Virus record (IMG/VR): IMGVR_UViG_3300020057_001237
Strand: one strand, 5' to 3'
DNA length: 64,000 nucleotides
Source: an uncultured virus (IMG/VR IMGVR_UViG_3300020057_001237)
Lineage: Duplodnaviria; Heunggongvirae; Uroviricota; Caudoviricetes
Shown: one piece after another, positions 7,551-16,826 of the stretch
How positions within the stretch are numbered: position 1 is the stretch's first letter
How the letters are laid out: the number at the start of each line of letters is the position of its first letter
The notes under the pieces: generated by a model
The model's input: only the letters and a program-made list of their open reading frames with translations
The model's database searches: none
What the model was told of the DNA's origin: nothing
Position numbers and translations under genes: made by a program

Positions 7551-9937
7551 GGTTAGAGTCGTTCACGTTTAAAGGTGACTTAATTTGGCAAGAGCAAACA
7601 ACTGTGCCTCTTAACTTACCGGGCATTTCTCTTGTCTTAGGACGTAACCACGATGCGGGTGCGACTGACGAAGACAGCAATGGCTCGGGCAAAACGAGGC
7701 TGTTTCAAATCCTTTCAGCGTACATTTACAACACGTCTGATCGGGGTAACTTTAAGAAAATGATTCGTCCCGAATTTAGCGGGCGTCTTGACTTTACCAA
7801 AGGTGCAGAGCAGTGGGGCTTTGGCTACGAACTCAAAGACAACCTTTGGGACGTAGTACGTAACCAAGAAGTCTACGCCAAGTTCCACAAGCCGTCTGAC
7901 TCACAAAAGCTCTTACAAGAGTTAGTTGGCTTTTCGCAGAAAGAGTGGGGCAATTTCGTCCACGTCAACCGGCACTCAATCTGTACGCTTCTAAGTGGTG
8001 CGTCGGCAGAGCGGCGTCGTTATTTAGAGAGCTTTTTTAACATTGACGACTTCTATGAAGAGAAACGCAAAGAATACGCCGCAATCAAAAAACATCTCGA
8101 AGAGCAGCTCAACATCTTAGAGCAGGAAAAGGCTCGTTTGGAGCAGGTAAACATTTCCTTACACGGCTTAGAGAGCACACCCTATCTGCAAACGCAGCTT
8201 ACGTATATCGAAGAGTACGGGGCTTTCTTAAGCCAAAGACGAAGAACTCTGACGGCTGCCTGCAACAAGGCTCACAGCGGCGTTGAAGTATGGAATGCGT
8301 ACTACAAAGCTTGCACAGAACTTGAAGAAAAGTTTGGTGCCGATCAAGCGGATGAAAAATCAAAGCTAACCAAAGCCAAAGCTTTAGTCGTCGATGCGCT
8401 TGGCACATCGAAGGCACGGCGTCAGCAGCAGATCAAAGTGCAGCGGAAAGTGGACCAAGAGCTTCCCCAAGTTGAAAACCACATCCTTGAGCCTTTAGAG
8501 CCTAGCGAACCCAAACCGCAACTAGAAACTATTACGGACCTAGAGAAGACACATTCATTGATGAAGCAGAAGGAGACCATGATTCTCCGTTACAAAAAGC
8601 TTCAAGCCGAAAAGCCTGCAATCCAAGGTGACTTCAAAGACCTAGAGCAAGCAAAAGAACAGCTTCTAAAAGAAAAAGCCGAGCTGATAAGTCATATCGA
8701 GCTTGTAAAAGACGGAACGGCTTGCGGTCGGTGCGGGCAGTCTTTGGAGTTTGTTCTAGCCGAGATGACCCCTGAAGACAAATCTGCCGAGCTTCAAGAG
8801 ACCTTGACCAATCTTAACGACACCATAAAGTCGCTCAATGCTGACCTCAACGACATCCGCAGACGGGACCAACTAGTAGAACAGCTTAAAGAGCTTAGAG
8901 GTGAGATCGAAGCATTCGGCGTCTTCGGTAAGAAGATTGCGGATGTCGAAGAAGAGATTGCCAAGCATAAAAAAGCCAACCGGGACTGGATCAACTACGA
9001 GCGCGAACTTACCTCATTCGCTCAACGTAAGCAGAAAAAAGAGATCCTTTTGGCGGAGCTTGCCGCCTTAGAATACCCGCAAATTCTACAAGAAACCTTG
9101 GTGCAAGATATTCAAAAGGCTGATGCCGAACTGGTACAGCTTGAGCAAAACCTTAAGCTCTTCGAAGAACACGACAAGCTTCTTGAAGAAGCTACCACGC
9201 TTCAGCCTAAAGATACGCTCGTTGCGGAGCACGCAGCTCTCTACGACGAGTTCTTATCTACCGAAGCGGGCATGACTAAGTTGTCGGAGCTGAAGGGTCA
9301 GTTTCAAAATGAACTTACCCAAGTAAGCCAACTTTTGAAATCTAAGTCTTTAATTGAAGACAAGCTTAAAAATTACGAAGAGCAAAAAAGCGAATACAAA
9401 GTAATAGACGCCTTAGCTAAGTTTTTCAGTCCCGCTGGTTTTAAGCTCTTTGAGCTTCGCCGTAGGTGCGAATATCTCATTGAAAAAGTGAACTTTTGGA
9501 GCCCGGTCTTTTGCCGTGAGCAGTATGAGTGGTCGATGCCTGACGACTTAGACGACTTGGACTTCCTCGTGCAGCCGGTAAAGAACCGTAAAACAGTGCC
9601 TTATTCAGCTTCGCTACTATCTGCTGGTGAAGAGAACAGAGCCGAGAGGGTGCTCCTCTTTGCACAGTTAGATATGGCTCCTGCTAATAAGGCACTAGAT
9701 CTGTTAATACTCGATGAAATTGAAGGTAACCTTGATCCTGCTGGTCGTAGAACTTTCACAGAGGTTGTAATTCCTAAACTGAAAGAGACATTTCCAAACA
9801 AGTCTGTTATTATCATTTCGCACGAGGAATCACTTAAAAAGTCTCCAGACATAGACCATCTCTGGCTTGTGGAAAAGAAAAACCGCAGCTCTAGTTTGAA
9901 GGTCATTACCAATGTAAATAGAAAGGTTGTAGCGTGA
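7547..9937 (+). CDS. sbcC: SbcC/Rad50/gp46-like ATPase
   Basis: Walker A SNGSGKT, coiled coils with a central CGRC zinc hook, LSAGE signature, LILDE, IISH. Confidence 0.9.
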   Translation: MRLESFTFKGDLIWQEQTTVPLNLPGISLVLGRNHDAGATDEDSNGSGKTRLFQILSAYIYNTSDRGNFKKMIRPEFSGRLDFTKGAEQWGFGYELKDNLWDVVRNQEVYAKFHKPSDSQKLLQELVGFSQKEWGNFVHVNRHSICTLLSGASAERRRYLESFFNIDDFYEEKRKEYAAIKKHLEEQLNILEQEKARLEQVNISLHGLESTPYLQTQLTYIEEYGAFLSQRRRTLTAACNKAHSGVEVWNAYYKACTELEEKFGADQADEKSKLTKAKALVVDALGTSKARRQQQIKVQRKVDQELPQVENHILEPLEPSEPKPQLETITDLEKTHSLMKQKETMILRYKKLQAEKPAIQGDFKDLEQAKEQLLKEKAELISHIELVKDGTACGRCGQSLEFVLAEMTPEDKSAELQETLTNLNDTIKSLNADLNDIRRRDQLVEQLKELRGEIEAFGVFGKKIADVEEEIAKHKKANRDWINYERELTSFAQRKQKKEILLAELAALEYPQILQETLVQDIQKADAELVQLEQNLKLFEEHDKLLEEATTLQPKDTLVAEHAALYDEFLSTEAGMTKLSELKGQFQNELTQVSQLLKSKSLIEDKLKNYEEQKSEYKVIDALAKFFSPAGFKLFELRRRCEYLIEKVNFWSPVFCREQYEWSMPDDLDDLDFLVQPVKNRKTVPYSASLLSAGEENRAERVLLFAQLDMAPANKALDLLILDEIEGNLDPAGRRTFTEVVIPKLKETFPNKSVIIISHEESLKKSPDIDHLWLVEKKNRSSSLKVITNVNRKVVA

Positions 9938-10959
9938 CAGAAATCTACGGCATAGCATTTCAATCTCCCTTTCTTTTGTGGACGCTTGTTCCGTCCCGTA
10001 AGTATTTCCCTATTCTGCTAATCAACAGCTCGCACAGCCAAATCAAAGAGGATGTGGTTACGCAGACGAAGCAACATGAAGGCATGAAAAAGATGCCGGT
10101 TATTCTTGCTACGTCGCTGCCCATCATGCAGAGTTTCATTAAACAGTTTCCGAAAATGGACTGTAAGACGCTCCTCTTTGAGGTGCCAAGCTTCATGAAT
10201 CCGTTTTTCGACGAGTCCATTAAGTGGCTTGACTGTGACCACCAAGCCGGTGGGGCTTGGCAAACGGCGAAGATCAAGCCTGAGGATTTCTCGCAGCTCT
10301 TAGACGAACTCAAGCCAATCACCAAGTCAGGCAAAGAGTTTCTGTTGCGCTCTTTGCGGCACAAAGCACCTGACCGGTCCAATGAGATCGAATCATTTGT
10401 ACAGAACGTACCGAAGTCTTACAAAGACCTCCTTGCCGACCTTGATCCTGAGTCGAACAAAAGCCCTATCAAATTGGCGAAAGAAGCACGTAAGACCAAG
10501 GATTCTCTCAAAGGTCTCATGTTGACTTGTCTAGACTCCGTGACGGATGCAGTAACAAAGAAGACGCTTGTCGAGCTTGTCTTCAACTACATCGGCGCGC
10601 AGGTTGCGAAGAGGGAATTTTTGACGATACTTTCCGACGCTACGTCTGAAGAGTTCATCAAAAAGGAAATGCTCACCGTAAGGAAATGGGTGGACAGTAA
10701 GAGCGGAATGCTTTTGCGTGATGCGTTTTTCGACTTCTACGTAAACAAAGAGCGACGGGCATGGCGCTCAATTGCCGAGACTTATAAGAAAACTTCCGAA
10801 GAAGATATTTTACTTCTGGTGTCTTTCTTCAATCAGAAGACTTTACGTTTGAATGAAGATCGAGTAGCTTCTTACCAAGCCTTACCGGTTGATAAGACAG
10901 CACCAGTTGCACCGAATCACCCGGAACTGCTTAGCGTAGAAGAAATTTTCACTTTTTGA
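9934..10959 (+). CDS. Hypothetical protein
   Basis: 341-aa ORF translationally coupled to sbcC. Confidence 0.65.
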   Translation: MTEIYGIAFQSPFLLWTLVPSRKYFPILLINSSHSQIKEDVVTQTKQHEGMKKMPVILATSLPIMQSFIKQFPKMDCKTLLFEVPSFMNPFFDESIKWLDCDHQAGGAWQTAKIKPEDFSQLLDELKPITKSGKEFLLRSLRHKAPDRSNEIESFVQNVPKSYKDLLADLDPESNKSPIKLAKEARKTKDSLKGLMLTCLDSVTDAVTKKTLVELVFNYIGAQVAKREFLTILSDATSEEFIKKEMLTVRKWVDSKSGMLLRDAFFDFYVNKERRAWRSIAETYKKTSEEDILLLVSFFNQKTLRLNEDRVASYQALPVDKTAPVAPNHPELLSVEEIFTF

Positions 10960-10977
10960 GTCGAAACGGAGACCGTC

Positions 10978-11241
10978 ATGATCGAGAATCTTCTGGAGTG
11001 GGTCGAGTCTACAATCAAACGTTTGGTTGACTTGCCTGATGAAGTCCAAGTCACGTCGATCCAAGGTGCCGCCTCTTGGATGATTGAAGTGCGTGTGGCA
11101 CAAACCGACATCGGAAAAGTCATTGGACGTAAAGGCGCTACCGCCGATTCTCTTCGGCATCTACTCGTAGCGGTTGCAGGTAAAGATAAATTGAAAGTCA
11201 TGTTGCAGCTTATCGAGCCGGATCGTAAAGCTGCTGCTTGA
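10978..11241 (+). CDS. khpA: Single KH-domain RNA-binding protein (KhpA/UPF0109-like)
   Basis: LVDLPDEVQV...DIGKVIGRKGATADSLRHLL with a GxxG loop; GGAG RBS. Confidence 0.85.
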   Translation: MIENLLEWVESTIKRLVDLPDEVQVTSIQGAASWMIEVRVAQTDIGKVIGRKGATADSLRHLLVAVAGKDKLKVMLQLIEPDRKAAA

Positions 11242-11672
11242 AGAAAGCAGTGACCGTGGGGCAGATCGACCATCTAGTAAGCGTTGTCGCAGTGCAGCTT
11301 AAGAACATCTCTCGCAAAGACTATAAAAAGTTCTTGCGGGAGTTGAATCAGGCTATGACACGCACGGTCCTTTTGCGGGAACTTGTTGATGCAGGCGTTG
11401 TCGTCGAAGCCTTATTAGAAGGGCAAAGCATTAAGCTCCAATCTGGAGCTACATCCCTCCTCTTTGAGAGGTTGGATTATCAAAAAGGCACGGTAATCTA
11501 CCGCGATCCTCTCTCGCCAGAGCCGTCTAAAGCCAAGCCTTCTTTTTTCTCAAAGCTCCCCACACAAGAAAATAACTGCGGAGAATTAAAGGCTAAGGTT
11601 GCGGAAACACGACCAAAACCGCCTGCTGAAATCGACATTCATGCGGCTCTTGACAAGTATGGCAAAGTGTGA
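11238..11672 (+). CDS. Hypothetical protein
   Basis: ORF overlapping the upstream stop (TTGA). Confidence 0.55.
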   Translation: MKKAVTVGQIDHLVSVVAVQLKNISRKDYKKFLRELNQAMTRTVLLRELVDAGVVVEALLEGQSIKLQSGATSLLFERLDYQKGTVIYRDPLSPEPSKAKPSFFSKLPTQENNCGELKAKVAETRPKPPAEIDIHAALDKYGKV

Positions 11673-11726
11673 GAAACGGCGCACGCCGCAGAGATTAAGT
11701 TGGCATTTTCGTGTCAGAGGTGTTAA

Positions 11727-11939
11727 GTGAATTGGCTGAAGACTCAAAGTAATCAAAAACTAGCTAGACAGCAAAAGAATAACGATCTGATCCGACGCAT
11801 GAGAGGCGGAGAAGACTTGAGGGTTATGACCCCCGAGCAAACTTTTTACCCTCCACGTCCGACCATCAAAAAAGATGTCCAGCTCATGCTGAGACTCTAC
11901 GGCAAGACTGATGTTCTACCGGATAAAATCAAAGACTGA
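11727..11939 (+). CDS. Small hypothetical protein
   Basis: GAGGTG RBS before GTG start. Confidence 0.55.
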   Translation: MNWLKTQSNQKLARQQKNNDLIRRMRGGEDLRVMTPEQTFYPPRPTIKKDVQLMLRLYGKTDVLPDKIKD

Positions 11940-12075
11940 TGGTGATCGTTATAATACTGATCTAGATATTCCTATATCTGTGATGGTTGGTCATATTGCT
12001 ATAGCCCTCCTATTTCTCCCTCTCGATAAACTCTACCGCATTGTTAAAGCAATATCCTATAAAATTTTCGAGTGA
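11911..12075 (+). CDS. Possible small membrane protein (54 aa, below the ORF-track cut-off)
   Basis: MFYRIKSKTDGDRYNTDLDIPISVMVGHIAIALLFLPLDKLYRIVKAISYKIFE fills the gap and has a hydrophobic segment. Confidence 0.35.
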   Translation: MFYRIKSKTDGDRYNTDLDIPISVMVGHIAIALLFLPLDKLYRIVKAISYKIFE

Positions 12076-12108
12076 TTGTTGAACCTAAGTAGTGATGTGA
12101 GGATTATT

Positions 12109-12963
12109 ATGGTTAAGAAGTTGGTACCTGATACCGGGACAGAGAAAATACTTCTCCGGGAACGTGGTGGCTCGCACGGCATCCACTTTGCTACTCTTCT
12201 AACTGAAGATGCGGAGAGGCTAAAAGGCTTCGAATGGTTTTACGATGCCGCCGACAAGCAAGCTTATCGTGTAATTGAAAAAGAGAATGGTAAGAAGCGG
12301 TCTTTTCTACACAGAGAAGCTGGTGGGTATGTTTTCGGTGACGGTAATGTCATCGGAGTTAAAGACGAAAATTGGTTAAACTGTATTCGTTCCAATATTG
12401 AGTTACTCCACAAAAGACCACCTATCGGAAATCGCAACGGACGGCGTAATTTCCCAAGCGAACCCAAGAACTTTATTAATTTTGTGTCTAAGAATTTCAA
12501 GAACTCCCAAATCCACAATTTTTTAGAACTCGCCGAGATCAAAGCCTACAGCAAGAAAGAGATCGTCTTTCATGTGGAGATCGACGACGACAAGCCTGTA
12601 AGCGGTGTGCAGTCGGTTATTCAACGGTTTATGGTTGATAACTTTGGCTTCAAGGGTCGTGTGGCAGTTATCCGCAAGCCCATCGAACTGCTTGAGACTA
12701 AGCCAGCCGACAAGCCCGTTCCTGTAGCAGCGAGCCCTGTCCAAGCTGTCCCTAGCCTTGCTGTCGTGCCCACGCTGAAAGCCGAGCCTATGCCAGCCGT
12801 AGTAGACAACGGTTCGATTGCACCTGCCGCCATAATGGCACGCATCCACGAGCTGTCTAGATCGGGAACGGTCGAGTTCTTGAGCTTCGGTGTCCGTGAG
12901 GGTAAAAAGCTCCACAAGTTCAACTATACGTGCGAAGAAACACCGCAAGAAGCCGTGCAGTAA
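12109..12963 (+). CDS. Protein with a degenerate N-terminal HNH-endonuclease-like domain
   Basis: LHREAGG...VIGVKDENWLNCIRSNIE parallels phage HNH MHR...VDHINGNxLDNRRxNLR but lacks DH; GAGG RBS. Confidence 0.5.
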   Translation: MVKKLVPDTGTEKILLRERGGSHGIHFATLLTEDAERLKGFEWFYDAADKQAYRVIEKENGKKRSFLHREAGGYVFGDGNVIGVKDENWLNCIRSNIELLHKRPPIGNRNGRRNFPSEPKNFINFVSKNFKNSQIHNFLELAEIKAYSKKEIVFHVEIDDDKPVSGVQSVIQRFMVDNFGFKGRVAVIRKPIELLETKPADKPVPVAASPVQAVPSLAVVPTLKAEPMPAVVDNGSIAPAAIMARIHELSRSGTVEFLSFGVREGKKLHKFNYTCEETPQEAVQ

Positions 12964-12984
12964 CCCACAGCAAACCAATCAATT

Positions 12985-13030
12985 TAAGAGCCTCCTAGCT
13001 GGTAAAGCAGGAGGCTCTTAGCTTACCAGC
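12985..13030 (+). promoter_or_regulatory. 12-bp hairpin with a loop complementary to its 3' flank
   Basis: TAAGAGCCTCCT/AGGAGGCTCTTA stem; loop GCTGGTAA is complementary to downstream TTACCAGC. Confidence 0.55.
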
Positions 13031-13116
13031 ATTTCTCACGCCTCCCCCTTGCCCACGCTAGCAAACTCATGTAGCTTCGTTCCCAGATCTAGCAAAAAAC
13101 ATAATGGTGGTGACGT

Positions 13117-14268
13117 ATGGACAACCTTATCGTTGTTCACACCGCCGATTTGCATCTGGGAAAAAACCGCAAGTTCGATGACTATCTCGAACAGCAATCC
13201 TACATGCTTACGGCGATGGTGGACCAAGTTGCGGGCGTGTTGAAAGATAATCCGAGTTCCGAAGTTTTCTTCGTTGTAGCCGGTGACATCTTCGACCGAA
13301 ACCAAGATACGAGACGGGTAGAGTTCGTACTTTTTCTGACGCATTTTGTAGCACCTGTACAAAAGCTTTTAGATGCCTACCCTCAGCTCACTGTCTTTAT
13401 GATCGACGGAAATCACGACCGTCAGCCGGACCCCGTTCAGCCGTCCGTGCTTTCTCCGCTCCTAGGCTTGCTAGATCCTCGGATACGGCTCTCCGTCGTC
13501 AAACCGACCTTCTACGAGGACAAAAGCTTCTTAGCCGTCCCCTACGGTGGCTACAGTGCTAAAGAGCTTACGGCGCTTTTCAAACAGTACAAGCCGACCT
13601 TTGTCGCCGCACACGAATGCCTTTCTCGGATGCAAACCGACACAGGTTGGTCGCCTCCACGAGATCAAGATCATTACATTGAAATCAACGACGTTATGAG
13701 CGAAGCCTCGTTCGTTCAAGGCGTATTCTTGGGTGACATCCATCGCTGTCAATATCTCGACGATAACGAGCTGGTTTGGTACAGCGGCACCCCCATAACC
13801 CTAGATCATGGTCATCGTCCGCCTAAAGGACTTTTGCACCATCCTTATGAAAAAAAGAACGGCATCTGGTCAAAGATCAAAGAGCATACCCAGCTTAAGC
13901 CTCTTTCAGATCCAAGGTTGAAAACGCATGTAAAAGTAGGTCAAGTTACCAAAACTGAGGACATCCCTTGGGATACTATCAAACGGGAAGGCGTCTACGT
14001 TGACCTCGTTCTCAGCCCGGAAGTTCATCGAGCGATCATTGAAGAAGTACCAGACTTTTTTTCCAAACCTGAGGTAAGCTGGTCATTCGAGCGAAAGATC
14101 ACCGCTGAAATAACCGAAGAGAGTTCCTTCCACGAAGAAAAGCTCGACGATAAATATTACAGCAAAGCGATTCAGGAGTGGGCGGAACTCAACCTGACGC
14201 ATCTTTCGGAAGTCCTCAAAGATGAATTTACACGCAGAGCCGAGACCCTTTTTGTAGGACGCTGTTGA
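13117..14268 (+). CDS. sbcD: SbcD/Mre11/gp47-like nuclease
   Basis: HTADLHLG, AGDIFD, GNHD, AHE, LGDIH, YSGTP metallophosphoesterase motifs. Confidence 0.88.
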   Translation: MDNLIVVHTADLHLGKNRKFDDYLEQQSYMLTAMVDQVAGVLKDNPSSEVFFVVAGDIFDRNQDTRRVEFVLFLTHFVAPVQKLLDAYPQLTVFMIDGNHDRQPDPVQPSVLSPLLGLLDPRIRLSVVKPTFYEDKSFLAVPYGGYSAKELTALFKQYKPTFVAAHECLSRMQTDTGWSPPRDQDHYIEINDVMSEASFVQGVFLGDIHRCQYLDDNELVWYSGTPITLDHGHRPPKGLLHHPYEKKNGIWSKIKEHTQLKPLSDPRLKTHVKVGQVTKTEDIPWDTIKREGVYVDLVLSPEVHRAIIEEVPDFFSKPEVSWSFERKITAEITEESSFHEEKLDDKYYSKAIQEWAELNLTHLSEVLKDEFTRRAETLFVGRC

Positions 14269-15803
14269 TGTCAGACAAGCCTTGCATATTACGAGAACGG
14301 CTCTTCGTTCCTGAAGAGTACGTTACGCAAGACCAGCTCGACGAGTTCACTTATTCGTTTGAAACAGACGAACGTGACTACGACGAGTTCGGTAAGCAGC
14401 AAGGCGTCACCAAAGGGTACATGACCGTCCGTAACTTCAAAAAGATCCGAGCTAAAGACGGGACGGTCTACTACGGCTTTGCCCGAGGAAACCTAGAAAA
14501 GCTTTCCAACCTTTTCGGTGACTACCCGTGGGAAGACCGCACCGCCGCTCCGAAGATGGCGGCTAAGCTTGAAGTGTTACCGTCTTTGGTTCTCGATACC
14601 TTCGCTACTGCCGGTCGTGGACAACAAGAAGTCGTAGATCAGTGGCTCAAGATACAAAACGGCATCATCAAAGCCGCTCCCCGTTTCGGTAAAACAATTT
14701 GCTCTGTCTTTATGATTTGCAAGATGGGTTTGAAAACTTTGGTGGTAACTCACCAAGAGGATCTCCTTAAGCAGTTCATCAAAGAGTTTGAACAGTTTTC
14801 CAATTTACTCAAGATACGCTCCCCCTCTATGAAAAGGCGTGATGCCACAGGTCACATCGTCGGCATGTTTTCCGACTTCGACAACCCTGAAGTCTTAGAT
14901 GTGTGCTTTGTGTGTTGGCAAACCTTCGCATCGAAGTACGGACCTGAGCGTCTTAAAGCTTACCGAGATAGCTTCGGCGTGCTTGTCTGTGACGAAGTGC
15001 ATCGTCAAGGAGGTCTCAAGTACGCCTCCACAATGAACGAAAACAATGCTCGCCACCGTCTCGGCTTGACGGGAACTCTAGAGCGTGTGGACGGTAAAGA
15101 GCGAATCATTACTGACATCATGGGACCTGTCGTTGCCAAAGGCGAAGTCGTCTTAGTTGATTGTGCCGTTACGGCGATCCACACTGGTTGTGAAGTTAAG
15201 TATAAACATAACGAACCGCTACCATATCTCTACAAACGTCTCTACCGTGACCCGCAGCGACTAGACATCGTTTTGAAATATCTAAGAGAAGATGTGAAAG
15301 ACGGCTTCTTTATCTGCGTCGGATTTCACCGCTGTAGTAAGCAGCAGCTCGACCACTTCACGGAGCTTCTACAAGGTGAAGGCATCAACTGTCTAGCTTT
15401 CCATGGCATCACGAAAGATAGAGACGGGACACTAGAAAAGTTCCGCAGCGGTGAAGTGCAAGTCGCCGTTTGTAACGTCGGTATGCTCACTGGAATTAAC
15501 ATACCGAGGTGGAACTGTTTTTACAGAATGTTCCCGTCAGCAAATATCGTTCTCTTTAAGGAGAATGGAAAGCTAGAGCTTAGCGGCAACGATAAGCAAG
15601 AGTTTGATCGTATTAGAACTCGTTTCACCTACGAAAATGGTGCGACGAAACGCTACGGGTTAATCCGTGATTTTGTAGACGCAAACAAATTCTGCCAGGG
15701 TTGTTATCAAAAACGACTCAAGTCCTACAAACATCAAAAATTTATCATCGAAAATATTTACGAAGAGATGTCTAAAACCATTAAGGAAGGGATGAGAGAA
15801 TGA
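14268..15803 (+). CDS. SF2 helicase (UvsW/ResIII-like)
   Basis: APRFGKT, DEVH, GLTGT, TGINIP motifs. Confidence 0.85.
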   Translation: MSDKPCILRERLFVPEEYVTQDQLDEFTYSFETDERDYDEFGKQQGVTKGYMTVRNFKKIRAKDGTVYYGFARGNLEKLSNLFGDYPWEDRTAAPKMAAKLEVLPSLVLDTFATAGRGQQEVVDQWLKIQNGIIKAAPRFGKTICSVFMICKMGLKTLVVTHQEDLLKQFIKEFEQFSNLLKIRSPSMKRRDATGHIVGMFSDFDNPEVLDVCFVCWQTFASKYGPERLKAYRDSFGVLVCDEVHRQGGLKYASTMNENNARHRLGLTGTLERVDGKERIITDIMGPVVAKGEVVLVDCAVTAIHTGCEVKYKHNEPLPYLYKRLYRDPQRLDIVLKYLREDVKDGFFICVGFHRCSKQQLDHFTELLQGEGINCLAFHGITKDRDGTLEKFRSGEVQVAVCNVGMLTGINIPRWNCFYRMFPSANIVLFKENGKLELSGNDKQEFDRIRTRFTYENGATKRYGLIRDFVDANKFCQGCYQKRLKSYKHQKFIIENIYEEMSKTIKEGMRE

Positions 15804-16129
15804 GCGCCAAAGTAGTAGTCTATTCAATTTCCGCAGCACCCGTTAGTTACATTGGAGAGGTCGTAGCCCTCGACCACGCAAGCGGCATTTTGCAGCTTAC
15901 GAGGTGCCTTGTACTTGTTACGGCTCCAAGACAGCGGGGAGCACAGCCGGAAGCCGACGACCGCATTTCAATTAGTGCCGTTCCCTTCGCATCCCGTGAG
16001 AGCACTATCACGCTTCGGATGTCAGATGTAGCGGGACTTCTGACCGAAAATCCAGACGAAGACCTCGTTAAGCAATATGAAAGCCAAGTGGTCTCCCTTT
16101 ACTCCAAGCTAAGCCTTGTCGGCATTTGA
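15800..16129 (+). CDS. Small beta-barrel protein, possibly Sm-like
   Basis: YIGEV...LQLTRCLVL beta pattern plus C-terminal DLVKQY helix, as in phage Sm-like proteins; fold call is tentative. Confidence 0.45.
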   Translation: MSAKVVVYSISAAPVSYIGEVVALDHASGILQLTRCLVLVTAPRQRGAQPEADDRISISAVPFASRESTITLRMSDVAGLLTENPDEDLVKQYESQVVSLYSKLSLVGI

Positions 16130-16139
16130 AGGGTGAGCG

Positions 16140-16826
16140 GTGAAGCAGTTTCATAGGCTGACGCAATCTCCGGTGATTGACGACGAGAGAGCCAAGTTCG
16201 ATCCTGTCATGGCACAGGCAGAGCTTTACGGCTGTCCGACGAAGTATCTCTATTTGACTGCGCCGGAACATTGCGGTCTAGCCAACTATGCGATGCACCC
16301 GTTTAAAGATTTACAGCTTAAGCATCTCAATAACAAAGTTGAGACGCTTCTTGCTAAAGATCAATTTGCAAAGATACCAGATCTTTTAACCGGTCTTTTT
16401 GAAAGCCGGGGCGACTTGATCGTCATAAACTCATACCCTGACGTAAGTGAGGGCATGTACCTGCTTTGGCATCTTGTCTGTGAGGCATCAGCATTGCGGC
16501 TGAAAGGCAAACAAACCTCTGGGTTTTCGTTCAACTACGTCGGACTCATGCAGAGTTGGGACGAGACCTATCAAACGGCTCGTAAGCATGTCTTAGCGTA
16601 TGGTCCTGTGGTGGACGAAGTTGAAAAAAGGGGCGTAGTTGCTGCTGTCGAGTTTTTCGTGCGTTTCTCTGACTTCACGAGAGTCTTGGTGGCGTCCTCG
16701 AAAGACTTAAGCGAGCTTCTCCTAAAGCTTCGTATCGCTCCTAGTTCAGTCAGCTATTACCTGAATTTGTCTCGCCGAGATGAGGCATCTAAGAAACCAC
16801 GGCGCAAGAAAAGTGTGGAGTTATAA
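16140..16826 (+). CDS. Hypothetical protein directly upstream of dnaB
   Basis: 228-aa ORF with TAATG coupling to the helicase gene. Confidence 0.6.
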   Translation: MKQFHRLTQSPVIDDERAKFDPVMAQAELYGCPTKYLYLTAPEHCGLANYAMHPFKDLQLKHLNNKVETLLAKDQFAKIPDLLTGLFESRGDLIVINSYPDVSEGMYLLWHLVCEASALRLKGKQTSGFSFNYVGLMQSWDETYQTARKHVLAYGPVVDEVEKRGVVAAVEFFVRFSDFTRVLVASSKDLSELLLKLRIAPSSVSYYLNLSRRDEASKKPRRKKSVEL

